Shown here: one piece after another, positions 1-12,977 of the stretch
How positions within the stretch are numbered: position 1 is the stretch's first letter
Layout of the letters: each line of letters opens with the position of its first letter
NCBI GenBank assembly: GCA_963702425.1
Contig: CAVPCQ010000018.1
Coordinates: 128,001-192,000, forward strand
Direction of reading: 5' to 3'
From: an uncultured Acidobacteriota bacterium
GTDB lineage: Bacteria > Acidobacteriota > Polarisedimenticolia > J045
Length of the DNA stretch: 64,000 bases
Notes under the pieces: model-generated
What the model saw: the letters and a program-made list of their open reading frames with translations, nothing else
Told to the model about the DNA's origin: nothing
The model's database searches: none
Translations under genes and position numbers: made by a program

Positions 1-369
1 CAGGATGTGATCGCCGAAGTCGGCCGAGCCGTAGTCGTGGTGCATCCCGTACGCGATGTCGGCCGTCCCGTCTCCGTCGAGATCGCCGACCGCGATCCCG
101 CCGTAGCCGAGCTCCCCGGCGCGGCGGTAGGTCCAGCCGCCGCGGCCGTCGCCGAGCCACACCATGACCCCCTCTTCCTGGGCGCCGATCAGCGGGTTGC
201 CGTGGTCGCCGATCGAGACCAGGTCGACGTACCCGTCGCCGTTCAGGTCGGCCATCTCGAACTCGGTGTTGCCCGACTCGAACGTCGGCGTGCCGAGCAG
301 CCCCTGCGAGGAGTCGACGTAGGCGAGGCTGGCCGCGAGGAGCGCGGAGCCCAGGAGAGGCGGCAGCAT
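1..369 (-). CDS. FG-GAP/VCBS repeat secreted protein (N-terminal part only; runs off the window edge)
   Basis: Absent from the ORF track; translated by hand from ATG at 369 (GGAGG RBS upstream): MLPPLLGSALLAASLAYVDSSQGL...ADLNGDGYVDLV...VGDLDGDGTADIAYG. It has a signal peptide and two DxNGDG/DxDGDG Ca-binding repeats. Confidence 0.85.
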   Translation of the reverse strand, partial: MLPPLLGSALLAASLAYVDSSQGLLGTPTFESGNTEFEMADLNGDGYVDLVSIGDHGNPLIGAQEEGVMVWLGDGRGGWTYRRAGELGYGGIAVGDLDGDGTADIAYGMHHDYGSADFGDHIL

Positions 370-404
370 GACGACCTCCGTGCCCCGGATTGTACAATGC
401 CTGC

Positions 405-1880
405 GTGGATCGCCCGGTACTCAGCCTGTGCCTGATCGCGCGCGACGAAGAGGAGCACCTCGGGCGCTGCCTCGCCGCCGCCGCGCCGCTGGTGGACGAG
501 ATCGTCGTCGCCGACACCGGCTCGACCGATCGCACGCGCGAGGTCGCCGTCGCGTACGGCGCGCGCGTCGTCGACGTTCCCTGGCGCGACGACTTCGCCG
601 CCGCGCGCAACGCGTGCCTCGGCGCCGCGACCGGCGCATGGGTCCTCGTGCTCGACGCCGACGAGACGCTGCAGCCGTCGCCGCGCGACGCGCTCGCAGC
701 GCGCCTCGGCGACCCCGCCGCGCTCGCCTACACGGTCGAGCTGATCTCCGACCACGGCGGCGGACGCGTCGAGACGGCCCACCTGGCGCGGCTGTTCCGC
801 AACTGCGAGGAACTGCGCTACGAGGGGCGGGTCCACGAGCAGATCCTCCCCGCGCTCTGCCGCGCGCTGGGGCGCGAGACCTGGCTTCCGCCGCGCTCGG
901 GCCTCGTGGCGACGCACGACGGCTACCGCCCCGAGGTCCGCGCCGCGCGCGGCAAGCTCGAGCGCAACCTGCGCCTGCTGCGCGCCGAGATCGCGGCGCG
1001 CCCGGACGACCCCGGCCCGCGCTTCTTCCTGGCGCGCGAGCTGACGCCGCGCGCGGGGGGGACGCGCTCGACATGCCCGAGGCGCGCGAGGCGCTCGCCG
1101 TCGTGCGGCCGGCCGCGGAGGCGCTCGTGAGCGCAGCCCCGCGCGGCCTGATCGATCCGCTGCTCGCGCTGGCGGCGGAGCTGGCGCTGACCTGCGGCGA
1201 CGAGGCCGCCGCGCGGCGCTGGCTCGACGCGCTGGCCGCGGCGCTGGGCGAGACGAGGCGCTGGTGCTTCGTCGCGGGGAGCCTCGCGCTGGCGCGGGCC
1301 GCGCGGGTCGACTGCGAGCGGGGCGGTGACGGGGAGGCCGGCGGGGAGGCCGGGCGCGCGGCTCGCGAAGCGCTGGCGCTCTTCGAGCGGGCGGCGCGTG
1401 CACCGGAGGGCGCGGAGGCGCTCCCGACCGATCCGCGCCTGGGCGGAGCGTGGGCCGCCGCGCGCGCCGCGGCCGCGGCGATCGTCGCGGGCGACGCGGC
1501 CGCCGCCGCGGCGCACCGCGCGCGGCTTGCACCCGGCCCGGCTGGCGCGGGTGACGCCGGCGATGCGCGGCCCGCCGGCGATCCTCGGCGCCGCGACCGA
1601 GCTGCGGCTGATCGACGCCTGGGCCGCGCGCCGCGCCGGCCGCGTCGGGCCCGCGCTCGAGCTGCTCGGCGCGGCGGTCAAGGCCGACCCGGGCGATCCG
1701 CGCGCGTGGTGGGGGCTGGGCTGCCTGATGGCCGACGCCGGCCAGCCCGACGGCGGCGCGCGCATGGCGCTCACCGCGCTGCGTGCCGCCCCCGGCTGGG
1801 CCGCCGCCGCGTCCCTCGCGCGCGGCGCCGCTGCGCCCCCGCCGTCCGGCCTGCTCGCGCTCTGGACGGCGTTGCGCTGA
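405..1880 (+). CDS. Family 2 glycosyltransferase with C-terminal TPR-like region (two frameshifts, ~1060 and ~1540)
   Basis: GT2 motifs LSLCLIARDEE, DTGSTD, DDFAAARN, LDADE and GRVHEQI lie in ORF 390..1130. The helical region continues in the frames of ORFs 368..2017 and 1326..1880 (DPGDPRAWWGLG). The first shift is at a G homopolymer. Confidence 0.8.
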
Positions 1881-1935
1881 ACGGAAGGATGCGCGCGGGG
1901 CGCTGCGTCGCGCGCGCGCGGGCGCGGGCGCTTGG

Positions 1936-4046
1936 CTACGGGCAGCCGGCCCGCTGCTGCGGCGCGCACGGGCTGGCCGAAGGCGCCCGCTCGGTCCCGT
2001 CGCTCTTGCGCCCGTAGGAACCCTCGCGCCCGCCCGACAAGGGGACGACCAGGTAGAACCGGCTGCCCGCGGCAGGGGTCAGCGTGAGCTGCGTCGCGCC
2101 GCCGCTCGAGCAGGCCTTCGGCAGCGCACTGGCCGGGTTGCCGAGCTCCCCCTCGTAGGTCGCGTAGTCGGTCGCCGCGCCGCACGCCGTGGACCAGTCG
2201 AGCGTAATGTCGCCGCCGCCGCGCGTGACCAGCATCGGGCTGCCCGTGACGGTGCGGCCGTCGGGGACCGCGCCGGCGCCGCCGGCCGCCGGGGCCGCCG
2301 CGCCGTAGACGTCGACCGAGTCGGTCGCGCCGCCGGTCTCGTTGCGGTTGTCGGTGAAGATCGCGAGCAGGTTGTTGCCGATCACGTCGAGCCCGTTGTA
2401 GTCGCCCCACTCGAAGCCGTCGCCGATGTTCGGCGACTGGACGCTGGTCAGGCGCTGGGGCGTGGACCAGGTGACCGCGCCGTCGCTGGACGAGGCGTAG
2501 AAGATGTCGACCGAGTTGCGGGTCGGATCGCGCCGCGTGTCGTAGAAGATGACGTGGACCGTGCCGTCCTGCCCGACGGCCAGCCAGGGGTGGTAGCGAT
2601 CGACTGTCAGCTGGTCGGCTGTCTCGTGCGGGGTCGAAACCTGCCAGGTCGCGCCGCCGTCGCGCGAGCGCGCGACCTGGATCCGGCCGTGGTTCTGCGC
2701 GGCGGTCGCGTTGTCGGCGTTGACGTTGTCGGTCCAGGCCGCGTAGATGCTGCCGGCGAACGGCCCGTTCCCGGTGTCGGCCTCGGCCGAGACGTAGATG
2801 AAGGTGCGCCGACTCTCCATCGACGGCAGCGGGAAGTCGTACGAGCCCTGCGTCGGGGCGACGACCGTCGAGGTCGCGCTCCAGGTCACGCCGCCGTCGG
2901 TCGACTTGCGCATCCGGATCGTGCGGCTGTTGACGCCGGGCCAGACGTAGTAGACGGCGCCGTTCGGGCCGCTGGTGATGTCCGAGCCGATTCCCAGCTC
3001 CTCCGACGCTCCCGGGAAGGTCCCGGTCGTGAAGGTGTTCCCCTGATCGGCCGAGCGCGCCCACTTCTGGACGTTGCTCTCGTGCCAGGCGACGTAGATC
3101 CGTCCCTTGAACGGCGAGGCTGCCGCCTTGTCGACGTGCAGATACTCCTTATCGACGTTGTTGCCGAATTCGCGGCGCGGATCGCCGGGCGTCACGCTCT
3201 CGAGGCTGTTCCAGGTTTGGCCGCCGTCGGCCGAGCGGTAGAAGTAGACCTGGCAGCCGATGGAGAAGCAGGAGGCCAGCGTCGTGGTATAGGCGAAGGC
3301 GCCGTCGGCCGACCAGTCGACGGACGGGTCGCCGGCGGTGTTCCCGAGCGGCAGGAAGACCCGGGTCCAGCTGCTGCCGCCGTCGGTCGACCACCACATC
3401 CCCTGGCCGGAGCCGGGGCCGTTCGTGCCGGCGATCACCTTGCTCGGGTCGGTCGGGTGGAACTTGATCGCCGATTCGGCCGCACCGGTCGGGGAGGTCA
3501 GCCGCACCTCGCCCGCCAGCGCGTCGGTGCCGGGCGCGAAGCTCTCCTCCGCGATCCCGTCCTTCAGCACGACCTCGAAGTGCGAGTCGCTCCAGGCGAC
3601 CTCGCGGTAGAGCTTGCCGTTCACGAGGTAGCCGCCGTAGGCGGTGCGGAAGCGGTGGAGCGTGTGGCGCGGGTACTGGGCCTCGCCGGTGCGCGGCAGG
3701 TCGGGAAGCGCCTGCCGCAGCCTCACGCGGTAGAAGGCCGGGATCGCGACATGCTGCTCGCGCTCGCCCGGCGGCAGGACCGCCAGCTCCTCGAGCGTCA
3801 GCTCGTAGTTGCGGTCGTCCCACGGCCCCAGCGCCAGCAGCGCGGCGTAGTCGACCCGCGCATCGACGCCGCGGGACCGCTCGACGGCCACGGTGCGGGC
3901 CGGGTCGACGAAGGTCTGGGCCGCAGCGGGCAGGATCGGGAGGAGCAGGAGCAGGGCGAGCAGCGCGCCCTTGCCCGCCGCCAGCCATCATCCGGTGCGC
4001 CCGCCTGCTGCGCGGTTGCGCTCGATCTCGTTGGCATCGAATCCAT
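1936..4046 (-). CDS. Secreted BNR/Asp-box (sialidase-like) beta-propeller protein with C-terminal FN3-like module
   Basis: Repeated SxDGGxTW Asp-boxes in ORF 1936..3891. The signal peptide ALLALLLLPILPAAA-QT is in frame upstream. The start near 4046 is displaced by an apparent indel at ~3990. Confidence 0.8.
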
Positions 4047-4160
4047 GGGCATCGCCTTCGTGCGCGGGTCCCCACCCGGAGCCGCGGATCCTGCCCCGGG
4101 GAGGACGGGGCCGCAAGCCGGGAAGTCACGGGCGCGGCGCCCGCCCCGCACCCTCCCGCG

Positions 4161-4187
4161 GAACTTTCCACGCAGCGTCCGGTCTGA
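4161..4187 (+). promoter_or_regulatory. Putative RpoE/AlgU-type ECF sigma promoter
   Basis: GAACTT-N16-TCTGA, an exact match to the sigmaE/AlgU consensus, about 70 bp upstream of the VWA lipoprotein gene. Confidence 0.6.
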
Positions 4188-4257
4188 AGGGGGTGCCGGT
4201 GGCGCCGGTTCGACCGACGCTCCCATTGCCCGGACCCCGGGCAGAAGGAGGCCCGTG

Positions 4258-6138
4258 ATGCGAAGCTCCGGCATCGTCCTCCCGCTCGCCGTGATCGCCC
4301 TGCTCGGCTGCTCGCCCCAGGACGCTCCCAGCCCGCCGTCCCTTCCGGACGCCGGGCCCGCGATCGCGGCACCTGTCCCGCCACCGCCACCGCCTCCTCC
4401 TCCTCCTCCCGCCAATCCCGCCGCCGCCGCGAAGCAGCGCCCTGCCGCGCTCCGCGACGGGAAGCTCGAGATCGACGGCGTGAATGGCGGCGTCGAGGCA
4501 GGCGTCGCGGGGGACGTTCCCGGCGGCGTGATCGGCGGCGTGCCCGGAGGCGTGCCCGGTGGCCGCGCGCGCGGCGTGCCGAGCCGGTTCCAGAGCTTCT
4601 CGGAGACGGTCTCCTTCGAAACCAGGGTCGCCAAGGCCTCGCAGACCCTGACCCGCGAGTACATCCTGACGCTTCCCCCCGGGGAGGGCGAAGCCGCCGG
4701 CCTCGAGACCGAGAACTACGCGCGCCGCGTCGACGCCGACTTCCGGTCGGTCACGCGCGACCCGCTCTCCACCTTCTCGATCGACGTCGACACGGCGTCG
4801 TACGCCAACGTGCGGCGCTACCTGACGGAGGGGGCGCGACCGCCGGCCGACGCGGTGCGGATCGAGGAGCTGCTCAACTACTTCGTCTACGACGACCCGC
4901 TCCCGGCCGCGGGCGAGCCGTTCTCGGTCACGACGGAAGTCGCTGCCTGCCCGTGGAACGCGGCGCATCGCCTGATGCGTGTCGCGTTGCGCGCGGTCCC
5001 GGTGCAGTTCGCCGGGCGCCGTCCCGGCCATTACGTCTTCCTGGTCGACGTCTCGGGCTCGATGGACGAGCCGGACAAGCTGCCGCTCGTGCAGTCGGCG
5101 ATGAAGCTGCTGGCCGGGCAGCTCACCGGGCAGGACCGCGTGTCGGTCGTCGTCTACGCCGGGGCGGCGGGGGTGGTTCTCGCGCCGACCGCCGGCGCCG
5201 ACCGGACCGCGCTCGAGGGGGCGATCGACAACCTGCAGGCCGGCGGCTCGACCGCCGGCGGCGAGGGAATCCGCCTGGCCTACGACATCGCGCGCGAGAA
5301 CTTCGTCCAGGGCGGGATCAACCGCGTGATCCTCGCCACCGACGGCGACTTCAATGTCGGCGTCAGCAGCGAGGGGGAGCTGACGCGGCTGATCGAGGAG
5401 CAGGCGAAGAGTGGCGTCTTCCTCACGGTGCTGGGGTTCGGTACCGGCAACCTGCAGGACGCCAAGATGGAGGCGCTGGCCGACCGCGGCAACGGGCAGT
5501 TCGCCTACATCGACTCCGAGATCGAGGCGCGCCGCGCGCTGGTTCAGCAGGCCGGCGGGACGCTCGTCACCGTCGCCAAGGACGTCAAGATCCAGGTCGA
5601 GTTCAACCCGGCGGAGGTCGCCTCGTACCGGCTGATCGGCTACGAGAACCGGCTGCTCGCGGCCGAGGACTTCCGCGACGACACCAAGGACGCGGGCGAG
5701 ATCGGCGCCGGCCACTCGGTCGTCGCGCTCTACGAGATCGTGCCGCCCGCAGCCGAGCCCGCGGTGCAGCGGCCGGTCGACCCGCTCAAGTACCAGGCGG
5801 TCAGGCCGGCCGAGGCCAGCGCCAGCGGCGAGCTGGCGACCGTGAAGCTGCGCTTCAAGGCTCCCGACGGGGCGACCAGCGTCGAGCGCGCTTTCGTCGT
5901 GCGCGACGACGGGCGCGGCGCCGGCGAGGCGACGACCGAGCTGAGGTTCGCGGCCTCGGTGGCGGCGTTCGGGATGGTGCTGCGCGACTCGCCGCACCGC
6001 GGCGCGGCGTCGATCGCCATGGTCCGGCAGCTGGCCCAGGCCGGGCTGGCGTATGACCCGGACGGCCAGCGGGCCGGGTTCCTGCAGCTCGTCGACCGCG
6101 CGGGCACGGTGATCGGGACGCCGGTCGCCGGGCGTTAG
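4258..6138 (+). CDS. VWA-domain lipoprotein (YfbK-like: vWF_A, VWA, DUF3520)
   Basis: AAGGAG RBS; lipobox LLGC; Pro-rich linker; LSTFSIDVDTASY, MIDAS DVSGSM, ILATDGDFNVG, YRLIGYENR and DAGEIGAGH motifs. Confidence 0.9.
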   Translation: MRSSGIVLPLAVIALLGCSPQDAPSPPSLPDAGPAIAAPVPPPPPPPPPPPANPAAAAKQRPAALRDGKLEIDGVNGGVEAGVAGDVPGGVIGGVPGGVPGGRARGVPSRFQSFSETVSFETRVAKASQTLTREYILTLPPGEGEAAGLETENYARRVDADFRSVTRDPLSTFSIDVDTASYANVRRYLTEGARPPADAVRIEELLNYFVYDDPLPAAGEPFSVTTEVAACPWNAAHRLMRVALRAVPVQFAGRRPGHYVFLVDVSGSMDEPDKLPLVQSAMKLLAGQLTGQDRVSVVVYAGAAGVVLAPTAGADRTALEGAIDNLQAGGSTAGGEGIRLAYDIARENFVQGGINRVILATDGDFNVGVSSEGELTRLIEEQAKSGVFLTVLGFGTGNLQDAKMEALADRGNGQFAYIDSEIEARRALVQQAGGTLVTVAKDVKIQVEFNPAEVASYRLIGYENRLLAAEDFRDDTKDAGEIGAGHSVVALYEIVPPAAEPAVQRPVDPLKYQAVRPAEASASGELATVKLRFKAPDGATSVERAFVVRDDGRGAGEATTELRFAASVAAFGMVLRDSPHRGAASIAMVRQLAQAGLAYDPDGQRAGFLQLVDRAGTVIGTPVAGR

Positions 6139-6231
6139 GTCTCGCGGGGAAGCGGGGCGCGGGGTCCGGGCCCGCGCCCCGCGTCCCGGGCTGCGCCCCG
6201 CGTCGCCGGCTCGGGTAGACTCGCTGCCGCG

Positions 6232-7659
<1,428 letters not shown>

Positions 7660-7744
7660 ACCCGAGCCGTTCGGCCGCGGCACGGACACCGCACCACCGC
7701 CACATTCGGCTGGGACGTCGCGCGCCGTCGCCGTACAACTTGGA

Positions 7745-7890
7745 TCGTGAGGGCCGGAGGCCCGGCCCTCTACGACACGAACCGGGTTGCGGCGGCGACG
7801 GGTGTTTCGTCGGGGCCCGGGAGTTGACGACGGCGAAGGCGGGGACAGGGCATGCTCGATCGGGCAACCCGCCTTCGTCGTCGTTCTTTT
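7745..7890 (+). ncRNA. Candidate structured small RNA (three hairpins ending in a U-tract terminator)
   Basis: Hairpins at 7745-7775, 7782-7820 and 7827-7884 followed by TTCTTTT. Mismatches are G-U wobbles on the + strand. A TACAAC -10-like hexamer lies at ~7734. No family recognised. Confidence 0.35.
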
Positions 7891-7899
7891 CTATCCGGA

Positions 7900-9439
7900 C
7901 TAGTCTCCGCGGCGCGGCGCGCGGCCCGGCAGGTCGACGACCATGCGGAGCCCGCCGTCGGGGGGCAGTTCGGCCCAGATCGAGCCTCCGTGCCGCTCGA
8001 CGATCTGCCGGCAGAGCGGAAGCCCCAGGCCGGTCCCGGTCGGCGCTTCCTCGACGTTGATCCGGCCGCGGAAGAACGGGTCGAAGATCCGCTCGAGGTC
8101 GTGCGGCGCCACGCCCGGACCCCAGTCGCGGACCGCGAGGCGTGCCCCCTCCGGCGGCCGGCCGCAGGCTGACGCGCACCCCCCGCGCCGACTGGCCGTG
8201 GACCACGGCGTTGTGGACGAGCTGGCGCAGCAGCCGCCCCACCTGCGGCGGATCGATCCAGGCCTCGACCGGCTGCGGCGGGAGGTCGGCCTCGATCACG
8301 ACGTTCTCCTCGGCGAAGGTGCCGAGCGTTTCGCGCACCAGCGCGACGATGTCGGCCTGGCGCGGGGCGACGACGACGCGGCCAGAGTCCATCTGCGCGA
8401 CCTCGAGCAGCCCCTCGATCAGCGCGCCGAGGCGCCGCGTCTCGGTCATCGTGATCGTGCAGAACTCGTGGCGCAGGTCGGCTGGGAGCGCCCGGTCGAG
8501 CATCGTCTCGACGAACCCGTGGATCGAGGCCAGCGGCGTGCGCAGCTCGTGGCTGACCTGGGCCATGAAGTCCGAGCGCCGGCGATCGGGCTCGGCGCGT
8601 GAGGTCAGGTCGCGCACGAGCAACGCGCTGGCGAGTGACGTGCCGCGCGGGGCGCGGACGCGGAACAGGCGCAGCAGCAGCGAGCGGGCTGAGCCGTCCA
8701 GCGTCACGCGCGCGGTCTGCGTCGAGGCCCCCTGGCCGCCGGCGAGGAACGCGAGCCAGGCGCCACGCACCCCGGAGGGCAGCGGCAGCTCCGCCAGTCC
8801 GCGGCCGTGGGTCGCGCTCTGGTTGAGGCCGAACAGCGCGAGCGCGGCGGCGTTGGCCAGCACGAGCCGCTCGGCGTCGTCGACGACCAGTACACCGTCG
8901 TCGAGCATCTCCGTCGTGGCGCGCAGGATCTCGCGCTCGCGTGTCGCCAGCTCGGCCTTGACCGCGACCTCCACCTGGCAGCGCTGGCGCTCGGTCTGGT
9001 CGGCGAGCATGACGAGGCGCTCGGCGCCGGCCGGGGCCCCCTCCATCACCTGGACCCGCAGCTCGCACGGGAACGACATCCCCTCGCGGCTGAAGGCGGT
9101 CATCTCGAGCGTGCCGGTCCCGGCCCGCACCACCTCGAGGACGCGCACTCCCTCGGCCTGTGCCGCGTAGGGCCCGGCAATCACCGACAACAGTTGCCCG
9201 CGCACGGTCGCGGCCGGGATCGAGAAACGGTCCTCGAAGGCGCGGTTCGTCCAGTGGATCCGCCCCCCTTCGTCGGACAGCACGACGCAGTCGGGCAGAG
9301 CGTCCAACACCTGCTCGAGCATCAGCGCCTGCTCGTCGCTGGCCGCGTGCGGAGCGAGGATCGGCACCGGCCCGCGACGCGTGCGACGCGTGCTGCCGCT
9401 CGCCGTTTCTCGCTGGAAGTCGATGAGGCCGGTACCCAT
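7900..9439 (-). CDS. Cytoplasmic two-PAS sensor histidine kinase (frameshift ~8150)
   Basis: Two PAS domains, H-box FMAQVSHELRTPL and N-box QLVHNAVVH. The G1/G2 boxes (IFDPFFRG, GTGLGL) continue in ORF 7900..8112. Confidence 0.88.
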
Positions 9440-9721
9440 ATGTCGCTCCCCGCGGCCGGACGGCCGTTTCGGTGAGTCAGTGAGCAAGAGCCATTCCAGC
9501 GAAGAGCGCGATGACCTGGGATGCCACGCGGGCCAGGGCGAACACGGGCGGCTCAAGGAAGCCCCCCGCCGAGCCCGAACGGATCGGATCAGTGCCCCGC
9601 TTCGGGGCGCCCGGACGTCCCAAGCTGGCACACCGCCCGCCGGGATCCATATTCGGCCGTGAGCGGCGGCCGGGTTGCCGCACGGGGAGTTGGCGCGATG
9701 CGGGACACGACGAGGACGGGA

Positions 9722-11142
<1,421 letters not shown>

Positions 11143-11146
<4 letters not shown>

Positions 11147-11168
11147 GGGCCGGCCTCTGTGCCGGCCC
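11143..11168 (+). repeat. GTAG-type REP palindrome
   Basis: GTAG-GGGCCGGC-CTCTGT-GCCGGCCC. Identical copies are at 14381 and 44660. It is followed by two 18-bp tandem partial copies (to ~11204). Confidence 0.8.
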
Positions 11169-11309
11169 GCCCAATCGCGCCGGCCCGCCCGATCGCGCCG
11201 GCCCGCCCCGTCACCAGGAAAACTCCCGATGGCCGGCCTGTGCCGGACGCCGTACGGTCCCTGCTCCCGCGGGTGACCACGCACCCGCCAGCGAGGAGAC
11301 CCGCCACCC

Positions 11310-12977
11310 ATGGGCCCGCTTGCGCCCGTCCGGATCCTGTCACTCCTCGGCGCGCTCGCCGTGACGCCCTCGCTGGTGGCCGGCGCGCCGGACGAGGTTC
11401 GGATCACGCGACCTGAATCGGCCGCCGAGTCGGCGATCGCGATCGACCCGGCGCAGCCGCAGCGCGTCGTCGCCGGCACGATGGGCCCGCTGCAGCAGGT
11501 CCGGATGCACGTCTCCACCGACGGCGGCGCGGGCTGGAGCCAGGTCGAGCTGCCGCTGGGGAACACCTGCTGCCACCCCGCCGTCGCCTGGTCCGGCGAC
11601 GGGCGCTACGCCTACGCCGCGGCCCTGGCCCGCTGCGCGACCTTTCGCTGCGAGCTGCTCTTCTACCGCTCGGGGGACGGGGGGGCGAGCTGGTCGGACC
11701 TCGAGCGCGACACCCCCGGCAACCCGCGGCGCACCGTCTCGTTCTCCGCCGACCGCGAGGCGCTCCACGTCGACGCCTCCCCGGCCTCGCCCTACCGCGA
11801 CCGGATCTACCTCGCCTACCACTCCGCGAACGTGATGCAGCTCGCGCGCTCGACGAACTCCGGCAGTGCCTGGAGCGGGATCAGCTTCCCGTCCGCCGCC
11901 GAGGAGCTGGGGATGGGGGGCGACGTCGCGACCGACCGCGCGGGCCGCGTCTACTACGCCTGGCCGGCCTTCAACAGCCGCACGATCCGGCTGCGGAGAT
12001 CGACCGACGGCGGCGCGAGCTTCGGCGCCTCCACGGTCGTCGCGGCGACGCAGGCGGCCTTCAGCTTCGCGATCCCGGCCCAGCCGGCGCGCAGGGTCCG
12101 GATGGCCGTCTCCGCCGCCGCCGACCTGACGGCGGGGCCGAGCGCCGACGTGGTCTACCTGGCCTGGTCCGATACGACCGGACCGGTCTCGGACGACCCG
12201 GCGGCGAACCACGCGCAGATCCAGGTCGCCGCATCGCACGACGGCGGGGCGAGCTGGACCGTCACGACGCCGCACCGCAGCGACGACGCGTCCTCCGTGG
12301 ACCGCTTCCATCCCGCGCTCGCCGTGGGCCCCGACGGGACGGTCCACCTGGTCTTCTACGACACCCGCCAGTTCGCGGACCGCTCGGGGGTCGACCTCTA
12401 CTACAGCTTCTCGACCGACGGCGCGCAGACCTGGTCGCAGGCCCGCCGGATCACCACGGCGAGTTCGCCGTTCATCAACGACCTGTTCGAGTTCGGCGAC
12501 TACAACGGCCTCGATCTCGGCGGGAACGCGCTGATCGCGAGTTACACCGACAACCGCAGCGAGAGTGGCGGGGTGGGCGACTCGGTCGACGTCTACGCGG
12601 CGCGCATCGTCCCCGGCGGCGGCGCGGCCGGCGTGGGACGGCTCTACGGCGACCGCGGGCTGCCGGGCCCGCCGCTCACGGTGGCGCGCGCCGCAGGCGC
12701 CGACCTGGAGCTGGCCTGGTCCGGCGCCTGCGGGGGCGCGGCCGACTACGCGGTCTACGAGGGGGCGCTGGGCGAGCCGCGCAGCAAGACCCCGCGGCGC
12801 TGCAGCACGGGCGGCGCGACCGCCGTGACGATCACGCCGTCGCCCGGGGCACGCTTCTACCTCGTCGTGCCGCACAGCGCCGTCGCCGAGGGCTCGTATG
12901 GGCACACCAGCGACGGCGCAGAGCGCCCGCCCGACGCAGGCGCGTGCCTGCCGCAGTCGATCGCGGCCTGCCCGTAA
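11310..12977 (+). CDS. Secreted BNR/Asp-box beta-propeller protein, paralog of 1936..4046
   Basis: Signal peptide; Asp-boxes; shared motifs AAESAI, LPLGNT, YDTR, GDYNGLD, TDNRxE and DSVDVY; same C-terminal module. Confidence 0.88.
   Translation: MGPLAPVRILSLLGALAVTPSLVAGAPDEVRITRPESAAESAIAIDPAQPQRVVAGTMGPLQQVRMHVSTDGGAGWSQVELPLGNTCCHPAVAWSGDGRYAYAAALARCATFRCELLFYRSGDGGASWSDLERDTPGNPRRTVSFSADREALHVDASPASPYRDRIYLAYHSANVMQLARSTNSGSAWSGISFPSAAEELGMGGDVATDRAGRVYYAWPAFNSRTIRLRRSTDGGASFGASTVVAATQAAFSFAIPAQPARRVRMAVSAAADLTAGPSADVVYLAWSDTTGPVSDDPAANHAQIQVAASHDGGASWTVTTPHRSDDASSVDRFHPALAVGPDGTVHLVFYDTRQFADRSGVDLYYSFSTDGAQTWSQARRITTASSPFINDLFEFGDYNGLDLGGNALIASYTDNRSESGGVGDSVDVYAARIVPGGGAAGVGRLYGDRGLPGPPLTVARAAGADLELAWSGACGGAADYAVYEGALGEPRSKTPRRCSTGGATAVTITPSPGARFYLVVPHSAVAEGSYGHTSDGAERPPDAGACLPQSIAACP

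Noticed and set aside
3985-3995. In-frame TGA just upstream of the BNR protein signal peptide as a second recoding event
   Set aside because: There is no redox motif and no start codon upstream in that frame; an indel is a simpler explanation.
4375-4565. CCN-rich and GGCGTG repeats as DNA repeat elements
   Set aside because: They encode the poly-Pro and GVPGG linker of the VWA lipoprotein.
9626-9642. TGGCAC as a sigma54 promoter between the kinase and the regulator
   Set aside because: The -12 element reads CCGC rather than TTGC, which is too weak to call.
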